DNA from: Candidatus Latescibacterota bacterium
GTDB taxonomy: Bacteria; Latescibacterota; UBA2968; GCA-2709665
Assembly (NCBI GenBank): GCA_963662665.2
Contig: CAXXJS010000050.1
Coordinates: forward strand, 32,001 to 96,000
Direction: 5' to 3'
DNA length: 64,000 nucleotides
Within the stretch, counting starts at the first letter, position 1. Each line of letters begins with the position of its first letter. The notes under the pieces were generated by a model. It was not told where the DNA came from. It did no database searches and worked only from the letters and a program-made list of their open reading frames with translations. The position numbers were made by a program, and so were the translations under genes. This document shows, piece by piece, positions 18,688-27,539 of the stretch.

Positions 18688-19872
18688 ATGGCTGAACTGA
18701 TATCCAGATACCTCGAGACCGCTGTGGCCGACGATCTTAGCGATAGGATGATCTTTGTCGCCGGGCCACGCCAGGTAGGAAAAACAACGCTCGCGACGCT
18801 GCAGGCGAGCCGTTATTCAAACAGCGTATACCTAAACTGGGACAATCGAACCCATCGGGAACGGATTCTGCGGCAGGAATGGGATCCCGACAGCCAGATT
18901 CTCGTCTTCGACGAACTTCACAAGTTCGAACGCTGGAAAGGACTCATCAAAGGCATCTGGGACACAAGAAGGGAGAATGAACGGATCATCGTAACCGGGA
19001 GTTCGAGGCTGGACACATACCGACGAGGTGGTGACTCACTCATGGGACGTTACCACTTGTACCGGCTCCATCCGTTTTCCGCATCCGAACTTGAAGGCAG
19101 GCAGAAACAAAACGACCCGGCCGAACCCTTTGAATTGACATTCGGAAAGGCCAGCCCGGACAACGTCCGGCATTTGATGGCATACGGAGGATTCCCGGAG
19201 CCGTGCCTTTCCGGGCGTTCGCGTACACACCGCCGCTGGCTTCAGGAACGTTTCGAACGGGTCTTCAGGGAAGACATACGGGACACTACCGTTGTCAAGT
19301 CGCTGTCCCAGATCGAACTGTTGGGCGCGATGATGCCGAAACGCGTCGGTTCTCCGCTCTCGTTAAACGCAATCTCCGAAGACCTGGAAGTCAGTCCGCA
19401 CACGGTTCGAACCTGGATGGACCTGCTGTGCCGGAACTACTACACCTTTCCCGTCGCTCCGTATCACCGTCGCATCGAACGGGCCGTGAAGAAATCGGCC
19501 AAATACTATCTGTGGGACTGGTCCGAGGTTGCCGACGAAGGCGCCCGATTCGAGAATCTCGTCGCCTCTCATCTCCTTAAATTCTGCCATTTCCTTCGGG
19601 ATGCCGAAGGGATAAAGGCGGAACTGCGTTTATTGCGAGACCGTGAAAAACGTGAAGTGGACTTTGTGGTTCTATGGGATGAAAACCCGTGGTTCCTGAT
19701 TGAATGCAAGCTGACCGCACCCCGAAGCCACGGGCACCTCGTTCGTTTTGGTGATCTCCTGAACGTGAAACAGAGATATGTCGTAACTCTATCCGAAAGA
19801 GACGACTACCAGGACCGTCGTACGGGCGTCCGCGTCCTGCCGGCGTCCAGGTTTCTGACGGCATTCCCGTAG
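18688..19872 (+). CDS. AAA_14 ATPase with DUF4143 / C-terminal nuclease-like domain
   Basis: Walker A GPRQVGKTT, FDELHK, TGSS, YGGFPE, FENLV, REVDFV..IECK. Confidence 0.88.
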   Translation: MAELISRYLETAVADDLSDRMIFVAGPRQVGKTTLATLQASRYSNSVYLNWDNRTHRERILRQEWDPDSQILVFDELHKFERWKGLIKGIWDTRRENERIIVTGSSRLDTYRRGGDSLMGRYHLYRLHPFSASELEGRQKQNDPAEPFELTFGKASPDNVRHLMAYGGFPEPCLSGRSRTHRRWLQERFERVFREDIRDTTVVKSLSQIELLGAMMPKRVGSPLSLNAISEDLEVSPHTVRTWMDLLCRNYYTFPVAPYHRRIERAVKKSAKYYLWDWSEVADEGARFENLVASHLLKFCHFLRDAEGIKAELRLLRDREKREVDFVVLWDENPWFLIECKLTAPRSHGHLVRFGDLLNVKQRYVVTLSERDDYQDRRTGVRVLPASRFLTAFP

Positions 19873-19911
19873 ACAATCCCGAATTGACCGCATGTTTCGC
19901 GAAGTGTCCTA

Positions 19912-20700
19912 TTATAGAAGCGACCTGACAAACCCCCCGTCCACCTGAAGCGACGTGCCGGTGATGTAGCTCGAGCGTTCCGATGCCAGGAACACGACGT
20001 AGTCCGACAGTTCCTCCACGGTCCCAAGGCGGCCCAGCGGTATTTCTTCGACCAGCGGCCGCATCTCGTCCCCGATCGAGGTCCCATGCGCCTTTGCGGC
20101 TTCCTCGAACTCTTCCCTCAATAGCTCGGAATCGATAAACCCCGTACAAACGTTGTTCACCAGAATCCGATCGCGCGCATATTCGTTCGCAAGGGTCTTC
20201 GCTGCGGCCGCAACCGCCGTTCGCAACACGTTCGATACCGTATTTCCGGCCGGCTGCTTGACCGCGAATGCGCACAGGTTGATAATCCTCCCGCCGCCCC
20301 TCGCCTGCATCAGCGGAACGGTGCGCCTGCACATCCGGAGAACGTAATTCAGGATCAGATCAGTATATTCCCGCCACATTGCTTCCGTGACTTCCGCAAA
20401 AGGCGTCGCGGCCGGACCTCCGGAGTTGTTCACGACGATATCGATGCCGCCAAATGCGTCCACCGTCTCCCTCGTCAGTCGATCGACGGTCTCCTCAACG
20501 GAGAGATCTCCGGCCACGGTGAGTACGTCCGAGCCCGTTAAGGCCCGGATTTCTGCCGCCACCGCTTCGAGACGGCGCTCGTTTCTCGCGCAAATGGCGA
20601 CCCGCGTCCCCTCCCGGGCAAGCGCCATCGCGCATCCTTTCCCCAGGCCGCGGCTTGCGCCTCCCACAACCGCCACCTTATCCTTCAATCCCATGTTCAT
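19912..20700 (-). CDS. SDR family oxidoreductase
   Basis: GASRGLG, DIVVNNSGGP, YITGTSLQVDGG. Confidence 0.9.
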   Translation of the reverse strand: MNMGLKDKVAVVGGASRGLGKGCAMALAREGTRVAICARNERRLEAVAAEIRALTGSDVLTVAGDLSVEETVDRLTRETVDAFGGIDIVVNNSGGPAATPFAEVTEAMWREYTDLILNYVLRMCRRTVPLMQARGGGRIINLCAFAVKQPAGNTVSNVLRTAVAAAAKTLANEYARDRILVNNVCTGFIDSELLREEFEEAAKAHGTSIGDEMRPLVEEIPLGRLGTVEELSDYVVFLASERSSYITGTSLQVDGGFVRSLL

Positions 20701-20897
20701 CTGAAGATCTCCTCGGATTGACGTGACAACGGCCCTCCGTTCACCCGTACGTTCGCATGGGACAACGAACGACCGCATTTTGATTGACATTCGTTCACGC
20801 CGCGCGCATGATACCAGACACTTCGGCGGATTCCAACGTACGGACGTTTCGCCGCAGATCCATGTCTTACACCACACCAGAAAGAAGAGGCCGGAGT

Positions 20898-22769
20898 ATG
20901 AGATCAACCGAGGTTCTCGCCCACAATTTCCGTCATCACGGACCCGCCACCACCAGCAGCCACCCCAGGGGTACCGTTGCCGCAGCCGACGGCGACGGCA
21001 GGAACGTGGTTCTCGTCTGGCTCTTCGATCACCGTGGCGGATACGCGCTGCTGGTTATCGATGCCGCGACCGGCGAAAGCCGGGAGTTCCCGGTACCCTT
21101 TCCGCCCGGAGGCGATTGCCCCTATGCCTCCCTCCTCTCCAGCCGAAACCGCTTTTATACGCACTTTAACGGCTATTTTGTGGAGTTCGACGTCAACGCA
21201 CTGGAATACACGTTTTGCCACCAAACCGCTCCCCGCATGGCCATGGGAATGACCGAAGACGACAGGGGAGTGATCTGGTCTTCTACTTTCCCGCAAAGCG
21301 GGCTTGTGTCCTACAATTCGGAAAACGGCGATTTCAGAGATTACGGACACCTGTACGACCAGAACTGGCGGCAGTATCCCACCACCCTCGCCGCCGACGA
21401 CGCAGGCTGGGTCTACTTTGGCATCGGCACGACCCTTTGCCAGGTTATCGCGTTTGACCCGGAAGGCGAATCGGCCGCGCCACTGCTGGCGGAGCACGAA
21501 CGCTCCCGAGGGAGCGCGTCCGTTTACCGGGACCTCAACGGGAGAGTCTACGCACTTCCGCCAACCGGAACCCCGTGGCCCGGGGACAACCCGGAGGCAG
21601 AATCCTGGTACGAACTCCACTGGGGTGAACGTAAGGTGGTGCCCAGGCGAAAAAGGCGTGAAAAACCCTATATCTTCGGAGATTCCGGACACGTCCATCC
21701 GGATTTCCCCGACGGGAGCAAGCTCCTGCAATGCTGTCTTTTCGAACGCGTCCTTTCGGTGGAAGGCCCTGATGGCGAGCAATCGACCGGTATGTCGTTC
21801 AACTACACGAGTGAAGGCGCGCACATCATGGGCGTTGCCGCGTCGCCCGACCGGAGCATCTGCGGGGGCACGTTTTTTCCGAGGCGCACGTTCAGCTATC
21901 GCCCGGAAACCGATACGTGGATCGAACGGGAAAGTTTCGGCCAGTGGAATACCGTGGGCCGCCAGGGGGACCGTTTCTTTGTTGGCGGGTACGGAAGTGG
22001 TTCCCTGCTGGAATGGGACCCGTTCAAACCGTGGGTGACAACCGAAAAGGAGAATCCGGCTTCGAATCCCTTCTTCCACAGAATCTGCACACCCACCCTG
22101 CATCGCCCGCACAAACTGCTTGTCCACCCCGACGGAAAGACGCTGGTGGTGGGCGGGACCCCGGGTTATGGCTATACGGGCGGCGGTCTGCTTATCTGGA
22201 ACTGCGAAGGGCAAACCGGGACCCTGCTGGAACATACCGACCTGTTGCCGGATCACTCCACCGCAAGCCTCGCGGCCCTTCCCTGCAGGAAGCTCCTGGG
22301 CGGCACGACGACCAGCCCGGGGACGGGGGGCGAGCAGAAAGCGACCGAAGCGGAACTCTACATTCTGGACATGGAAACGAAAAAGCTGGAATGGCGCCAG
22401 GTCCTCTTCCCCGGGGCACAGGAATACACGGACCTGTGCGCGGGGCAGGACGGTCAGGTGTACGGCATTGTTGACCGGACCCGCTTTTTCGTCTTCTGCC
22501 CCGAGAGACGCGAAGTCGTTCACCAGGAGGAAACGGAGCTGACTTTCGGGCTGACGGCGCACCAGCAGGGGCCGCGTGTCTTCGTGACGGCGCCCGACGA
22601 TACGGTCTACATTCTGTTCGAGAAGGGCATCGCCCGTATCGAAAGCGGCACGAACGCGATCAAAATGTGCGCGCCTTCACCGGTGCCCGTCAGCAACGGT
22701 GGAGACTATCTCAACGGCCGCATCTATTTCACCAGCGACTCTCATCTTTATAGCTGGGAAATCCCGTAG
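20898..22769 (+). CDS. Cytoplasmic beta-propeller hypothetical protein
   Basis: 623-aa ORF with GGAG RBS and repeated beta-strand/turn blades (xDGxxxxGGT); no signal peptide. Confidence 0.65.
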   Translation: MRSTEVLAHNFRHHGPATTSSHPRGTVAAADGDGRNVVLVWLFDHRGGYALLVIDAATGESREFPVPFPPGGDCPYASLLSSRNRFYTHFNGYFVEFDVNALEYTFCHQTAPRMAMGMTEDDRGVIWSSTFPQSGLVSYNSENGDFRDYGHLYDQNWRQYPTTLAADDAGWVYFGIGTTLCQVIAFDPEGESAAPLLAEHERSRGSASVYRDLNGRVYALPPTGTPWPGDNPEAESWYELHWGERKVVPRRKRREKPYIFGDSGHVHPDFPDGSKLLQCCLFERVLSVEGPDGEQSTGMSFNYTSEGAHIMGVAASPDRSICGGTFFPRRTFSYRPETDTWIERESFGQWNTVGRQGDRFFVGGYGSGSLLEWDPFKPWVTTEKENPASNPFFHRICTPTLHRPHKLLVHPDGKTLVVGGTPGYGYTGGGLLIWNCEGQTGTLLEHTDLLPDHSTASLAALPCRKLLGGTTTSPGTGGEQKATEAELYILDMETKKLEWRQVLFPGAQEYTDLCAGQDGQVYGIVDRTRFFVFCPERREVVHQEETELTFGLTAHQQGPRVFVTAPDDTVYILFEKGIARIESGTNAIKMCAPSPVPVSNGGDYLNGRIYFTSDSHLYSWEIP

Positions 22770-22785
22770 CAGGAGGCCAACGAGC

Positions 22786-23589
22786 TCAAGGGTTCTGGCC
22801 GGAACGCCCCCCCGTGACTGGCCGTCGGATTCGATCGCAGGCCAATGATCGTCCCCGGTGATTGCATCCAAAGGCCATTGTCTTCCAATTCTCGTAAAAC
22901 CGTCTTGCGTATTCCCGAAAGAAATCGAGGCGGTCCGTCACGGCCTGCTCGAAACCCGGCATGGCATCCTCGCCGAGCGTTTCGAGCAGGGCCTCGTGGT
23001 AGGCGGGAACGGCGTCCCATTCCTTTATGGTCTCCGCCGTGATTTCTATATGAAACTGGGCGGAAATCGCGTGACTCCCCATGCTCATCGCCTGGACCGC
23101 GCATAACCCGGACGATGCAAGGACCTCCAGTTCACCCGGCACGGTCTTTACCGCGGAGCTATGCCACTGAAGGCAAGGCAGCGTCGCCGGGAAACCCTTT
23201 AGGAATCCACTCTTCTTCCCTGGCTTCGTCAGGGAAATGTCCATCACCCCCACCTCGGGGATCCGGTTCGGACCGACGTGGCCGCCCAGAGCCGCGGCCA
23301 GCAACTGGTGTCCCAGGCAGATGCCCACGAAGGGCATCTTTTTCTCAGCGACCGCGTAGCGAATGGCGGCTTTCTCCTGCACCAGCCACGGGTACGCCTC
23401 CTCCTCCCATACGTCCATCGGGCCGCCCATCGCCCAAAGCGCGTCATAGGCGTCCAGGTCCGGGATATGCTCGCCCGCGTCCAGTTCCACAACGTCCCAC
23501 CGGATCCCGTCTTCAGCGAAGAATTCGCGAAAGAGGCCGGGATGTTCGACGTCCAGGTGTTGAAAAACCAGCAACCGCTCCAGGGCCAT
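22786..23589 (-). CDS. Class I glutamine amidotransferase-like protein
   Basis: MGGPMDV, GICLGHQL, QWH, QFHIE catalytic triad. Confidence 0.88.
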   Translation of the reverse strand: MALERLLVFQHLDVEHPGLFREFFAEDGIRWDVVELDAGEHIPDLDAYDALWAMGGPMDVWEEEAYPWLVQEKAAIRYAVAEKKMPFVGICLGHQLLAAALGGHVGPNRIPEVGVMDISLTKPGKKSGFLKGFPATLPCLQWHSSAVKTVPGELEVLASSGLCAVQAMSMGSHAISAQFHIEITAETIKEWDAVPAYHEALLETLGEDAMPGFEQAVTDRLDFFREYARRFYENWKTMAFGCNHRGRSLACDRIRRPVTGGRSGQNP

Positions 23590-23743
23590 GACGTTCTCCC
23601 GGATTTTCCTTCTGGATTCCGGTCTGCGAATTCAATATCTTGGAGCTGGGACCTGCGCCGACCGTTTGACAATCCTTCGAAGAGCTCAGGACAAGGCTAA
23701 GGGACCGCGGGCAAGGGTCACGAACCGGGTACGGCACCGTTGA

Positions 23744-24478
23744 ATGTCACACGTGAGTGACAGAATGAATCTATTGCGAAAATGCGGAGCGGAATTCCTG
23801 GGCGCGTTCGCCATCGTGCTGGGCGGTTGCGGCGCCGTTGCCGTCAACCAGATCAGCGGCGGGGCAGTCTCTCACGTGGGTATTGCCACGTCGTTCGGGC
23901 TCATTGTGATGACGATGGTTTACGCCACCGGCCACATCTCCGGGGCGCACTTCAATCCCGCCGTTACGATCGCCTTCTCCTTTACGCGACACTTTCCCAA
24001 ACGGGAGATCGCGCCGTACATTGCCGCCCAATGCATGGGCGCCGTCCTGGCCAGCTGCATCCACCTCGTCACCCTGTCTCCCGTCCTGAATGCCAGCCTT
24101 CCCGGACAGGAACTCGATCTGGGTGTCACCCAGCCTCTGGACGGCGCGTGGACCACGGCCTTCGTATGGGAGTTCCTGCTCGCCTTCCTGCTGATGGTTG
24201 TAATTATGGCGGTTGCCACGGACTACCGCGCTACAGGTCAGGCCGCCGGCCTTGCGATCGGCGGCACGATCTGGTTCGAAGCCATGTTCGCCGGCCCCGT
24301 TTGCGGGGCATCCATGAATCCCGCTCGCAGCCTGGGCCCGGCCCTTGTTTCCGGCAACTGGCTGCATTTTTCAGCCTATGCGGCGGGTCCTGTGCTTGGC
24401 GCGTTTGCCGGCGCGCTTTACTACGAATTTATCAGGTGCCATCGGGACGGGGGGGCGGAAGTCAAGGGCTGCTGCTAA
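23744..24478 (+). CDS. MIP family channel (aquaporin/aquaglyceroporin, NIP-like)
   Basis: ISGAHFNPAVT and GASMNPARS motifs, six TM helices; ends in GCC. Confidence 0.93.
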   Translation: MSHVSDRMNLLRKCGAEFLGAFAIVLGGCGAVAVNQISGGAVSHVGIATSFGLIVMTMVYATGHISGAHFNPAVTIAFSFTRHFPKREIAPYIAAQCMGAVLASCIHLVTLSPVLNASLPGQELDLGVTQPLDGAWTTAFVWEFLLAFLLMVVIMAVATDYRATGQAAGLAIGGTIWFEAMFAGPVCGASMNPARSLGPALVSGNWLHFSAYAAGPVLGAFAGALYYEFIRCHRDGGAEVKGCC

Positions 24479-25425
24479 CCTTGATTCGCAAGTGCGCCGT
24501 GAAAAGGCGCGGAACTTCAGTGGGTGAGAGTCCCACCCGACAGATGTTGCCACAGTCGGAAGCAATCGGAGCGGAGACGTAGGTAACGACATCTCCGAAG
24601 CCTCCGGTGTAGAGGGTCGCCAGGCGACTCGGCGAGTATGTGGGCTGAAACGTGAGTAAACGCTGAGCAGGCCTCGAAAAGGGTAATGCGGGAGCCGACC
24701 CGGCTTGCGAACGGGGAAGGCCGCCGTCGTTGGGGAAGCAGGCAACGAGAGCACCCAACGGTCCCGCCGGGGTAATGGCGGAGGCACGCATACAAGGAGA
24801 TCCGACGCAACACGGGAAGCCCCAGCGGTGGTGGAGAGCCACCAACCGGAAGCCCGTGAGGGCCAGGCCGGGCCGTATGGGGTGGCGGACAGGCTCGTAG
24901 TACCTGTGATGCCGGGTAACGCCGGCGGAGGAAAGGGGCCTGACTTCGGATGTGCTTGTGAAGGGGACAACTGTCGGGAGAGTGGCGCAAGCCTATAACC
25001 TCCTCCAGAATAAGACGAGGCGACTCCAGATCAAGCTAAGGTTTCAGGTGAAGCTGTCCGGGCAGATCGGGCAGTGTGTACCTGAAGGCGATGTCCGTCG
25101 GAGAGCCGGATGCGGTAACTCCGCACGTCCGGTTCGACGAGCGGGATGTGGAAACGGAGCAGGGAGGGGCTATTGAGGCACCGCCAGACGAAAGGGGCGG
25201 GAACAGACAGGCCACTCCTAAACCACCGCGCCACATCTCGACTCTACTTCTTCGGGGAAGTAAAACCGAATATTTGCAAGTAGATAAAGGCGATTTAACT
25301 TCTGATTACCAGGATACACCAGGTCACTGGACGTGGACTGAAAAAACGTCCTTTTTGACGACCGTTACGGCCAGCTTCAAGGGTTTTCGTCGCGTTGCCG
25401 AGTTGCTGTTTTTTTCACATTGAGG
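24479..25425. mobile_element. MITE-A copy 1 (191 bp without the intron), interrupted by a group II intron
   Basis: CTAA direct repeats at 24475-24478 and 25426-25429; 13 + 178 = 191 bp, colinear with 49203-49393; imperfect 13-bp TIRs CCTTGATTCGCAA / revcomp CCTCAATGTGAAA. Confidence 0.85.
24492..25247 (+). ncRNA. ORF-less group II intron (756 nt)
   Basis: 5' GTGCG; domain V GAGCCGGATGCGGTAACTCCGCACGTCCGGTTC (25103-25135, AGC triad, GNRA loop); domain VI ending CTCGACTCTAC; EBS1 TTGCGAA (24705-24711) pairs with exon TTCGCAA; boundaries confirmed by the empty-site copy. Confidence 0.93.
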
Positions 25426-25457
25426 CTAATGCCTGCCTGTGCGTCACTCGATCCTGA

Positions 25458-25616
25458 CAGCCCGTTGAAAAAGTCCATCCGGTCTGCGTCCGGCCCTTGC
25501 GGCCGAATGACTGAGTTGCGCCCCCTCCCCGAATCCCCGATTCGACGCGGTCGCGCGCCTTGTCTTCGGCCACAATGACTCGGCCTCGCCTGCAGAGCGA
25601 CTCTTTCAACGGACTG
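25458..25616. mobile_element. MITE-B, 159 bp, with IS5/IS1182-like 18-bp TIRs
   Basis: CAGCCCGTTGAAAAAGTC ... GACTCTTTCAACGGACTG (16/18 match); flanks CTGA / CTAA. Confidence 0.7.
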
Positions 25617-25713
25617 CTAAGTGAAACCTGCCGGCAAACCCACTTTTCGCCCCGGAACCCGTCCTTTGAAAGCGCAGCCTGCCGTAGTCTGCCTCTCTTT
25701 GCTGTGCGCCGGT

Positions 25714-26550
25714 TTATATCACCAGCGCGACCGCCAGAATGGCCAGCGCCACCCCGGCCGCGGCGACCCGATTGAGGCGTTCCTTCCAGAAGAAATGGGC
25801 GGACAGGTTGTCGAGCAGGATCACACTGCAACCCGTTGCAGGAAAAAAGAGAGTGCCCGGCAGCCGACTGAGGGCAGTCAAAATGACGGACAGCGCCAGG
25901 GCGTTGTACGTGCCCAGGCCGATACCCGTTGCGAGTTCGTGCCGCCGGGGGCAACGCATTTTTCCCGCAACGAAGATATAGCCAATGGTACCCGCGGTGG
26001 CGCCCATTACCACCAGGACCTGGATGAATTCCCCGTCGAGTCCGGCATAGTGGACCGAACGCAGGCAGGAGTGACTCAGTCCCTGCGCAAGAAAAACCGC
26101 GAACAACAGGCCGAAGGTGTTGCCTCCCGTCGCGCGGACACTTCCCCTCGCGCCCGAGGTCATCATCACCAGCGCGGGAAAGGCAAGGATGATTCCACCA
26201 AATTGTGAGAGTACGACCGGTTCCCGCCAGAGCCAGATTCCCAGGGCAACGGGCACCGCAATGGACATGCGAAACGCCGTCAGCACGGCCCCGACCGATG
26301 CGATTTCCAGGACTCGCATCATCAACGACATCGAACCGATGAATACGGCGCCCGTCATCAGGCCGGTTTGCACCGCCGCGGCGGAGAAGGTAAACCGACC
26401 CGTTGACAGGAGATAGACGGAAAGGACAGCGCAGAGCACCAGATAGTTCGTAGAGACGACAACGGGCGCGTAATAGCCGCGTCGCTGGGAGAATTTGCAA
26501 ATCTGGACGAATCCGAAATCGAGTAGAATTGCGAATATCAACCAGGACAC
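25714..26550 (-). CDS. EamA/DMT family transporter
   Basis: About ten hydrophobic helices; 'LWREPV' and 'FFWKERLN' DMT signatures; GTG start inferred. Confidence 0.8.
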   Translation of the reverse strand: MSWLIFAILLDFGFVQICKFSQRRGYYAPVVVSTNYLVLCAVLSVYLLSTGRFTFSAAAVQTGLMTGAVFIGSMSLMMRVLEIASVGAVLTAFRMSIAVPVALGIWLWREPVVLSQFGGIILAFPALVMMTSGARGSVRATGGNTFGLLFAVFLAQGLSHSCLRSVHYAGLDGEFIQVLVVMGATAGTIGYIFVAGKMRCPRRHELATGIGLGTYNALALSVILTALSRLPGTLFFPATGCSVILLDNLSAHFFWKERLNRVAAAGVALAILAVALVI

Positions 26551-26671
26551 TGAAGGCGCCTCATCCGTCCGTTTCGGCCGATCACATTGGGCCTGTACAG
26601 AAATTTCGCGTTTGAGGAATACTGCGCGTGTGAAGGGAATGCCCCTTGCGGCAGCGCCACGGGAAAGGGCA

Positions 26672-27445
26672 TTATTCTGCCCATGCCTCCCGGATCCACG
26701 GCAGGGCCGCCCGCAATGGCGCAACAAACAATTGTGTCTCGTAATGTGTCAGATTCTGGACGACGATCAGCTCAATCTGCACGTCCCCTTCTTTCAGCGT
26801 CCGCACGGTCGTTTCGACCGGTTCGAACGGAACCACCTCATCGACAACGCTGTGGATCACCAGCAGCGGAACCTGCCAATCGACCTCGGCCACATTCTCC
26901 TCCGGTCTCGCCGATATGGGAATAGCCGCCCGGAACAGATTCGGGTGTCGCGCCGCCATATACCAGGCGCCCCGACCGCCCATGCTGAAACCCGTTACAA
27001 GCGTCCTTTTTTCGTCGATCGCGTAGTTGGCCTTAATTGCCACGATCAGATCCAGCAATTGCTTCTCGCTCTCCGCGTTGTCCCAGCCCTGCGCCGTTGC
27101 TTCGGGCGCCAGGATAATCGCCCCCAGGTCTTCGAGGGCCGGCTGAACCAGGACCTCCAGCATAGAGCGACCGTAATAGGGCACAACCACACCGCCGTAA
27201 TGCAGCGATAGAATCAGTGGCGTGGGTTGTCCGGCGTTGTATCCGGACGGGATGAGAACGGTGTACCGCTGGCCTCCGGGCGAGAGGACTCTGTTATGTA
27301 TGCCGGGTGCCTGTGGCATGCCGGCCTCTCCGGACCCGGCCGGCTCGTCGGAACCGCAGGCTGCCACCACGGCAGCAAGCACTCCTGCCAGCAACCAATG
27401 GCCGGCGGGCGATTTTTTCCTTAACTCCTGGCGTGAGTTTATCAT
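26672..27445 (-). CDS. Alpha/beta hydrolase (esterase/phospholipase-like) lipoprotein
   Basis: Lipobox VAAC, nucleophile elbow GFSMG, HS..DEVVP, terminal His. Confidence 0.85.
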   Translation of the reverse strand: MINSRQELRKKSPAGHWLLAGVLAAVVAACGSDEPAGSGEAGMPQAPGIHNRVLSPGGQRYTVLIPSGYNAGQPTPLILSLHYGGVVVPYYGRSMLEVLVQPALEDLGAIILAPEATAQGWDNAESEKQLLDLIVAIKANYAIDEKRTLVTGFSMGGRGAWYMAARHPNLFRAAIPISARPEENVAEVDWQVPLLVIHSVVDEVVPFEPVETTVRTLKEGDVQIELIVVQNLTHYETQLFVAPLRAALPWIREAWAE

Positions 27446-27539
27446 ATCTTCCTCGTTGGCGTCTCCGGGCACGATCCCGATCTGACTGAATATACGGTAT
27501 CAGCGACGCACAACAAAACAGGTTAATTAAGGACGTTTC

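Noticed and set aside
20904-22562. Long antisense ORFs (also 9082-10263, 27294-28559, 46705-47976, 59193-60701)
   Set aside because: Shadow frames of well-supported genes in GC-rich DNA
24345-25423. Several short ORFs across the intron and MITE
   Set aside because: They overlap structured RNA and repeat sequence and carry no RT or transposase catalytic motifs
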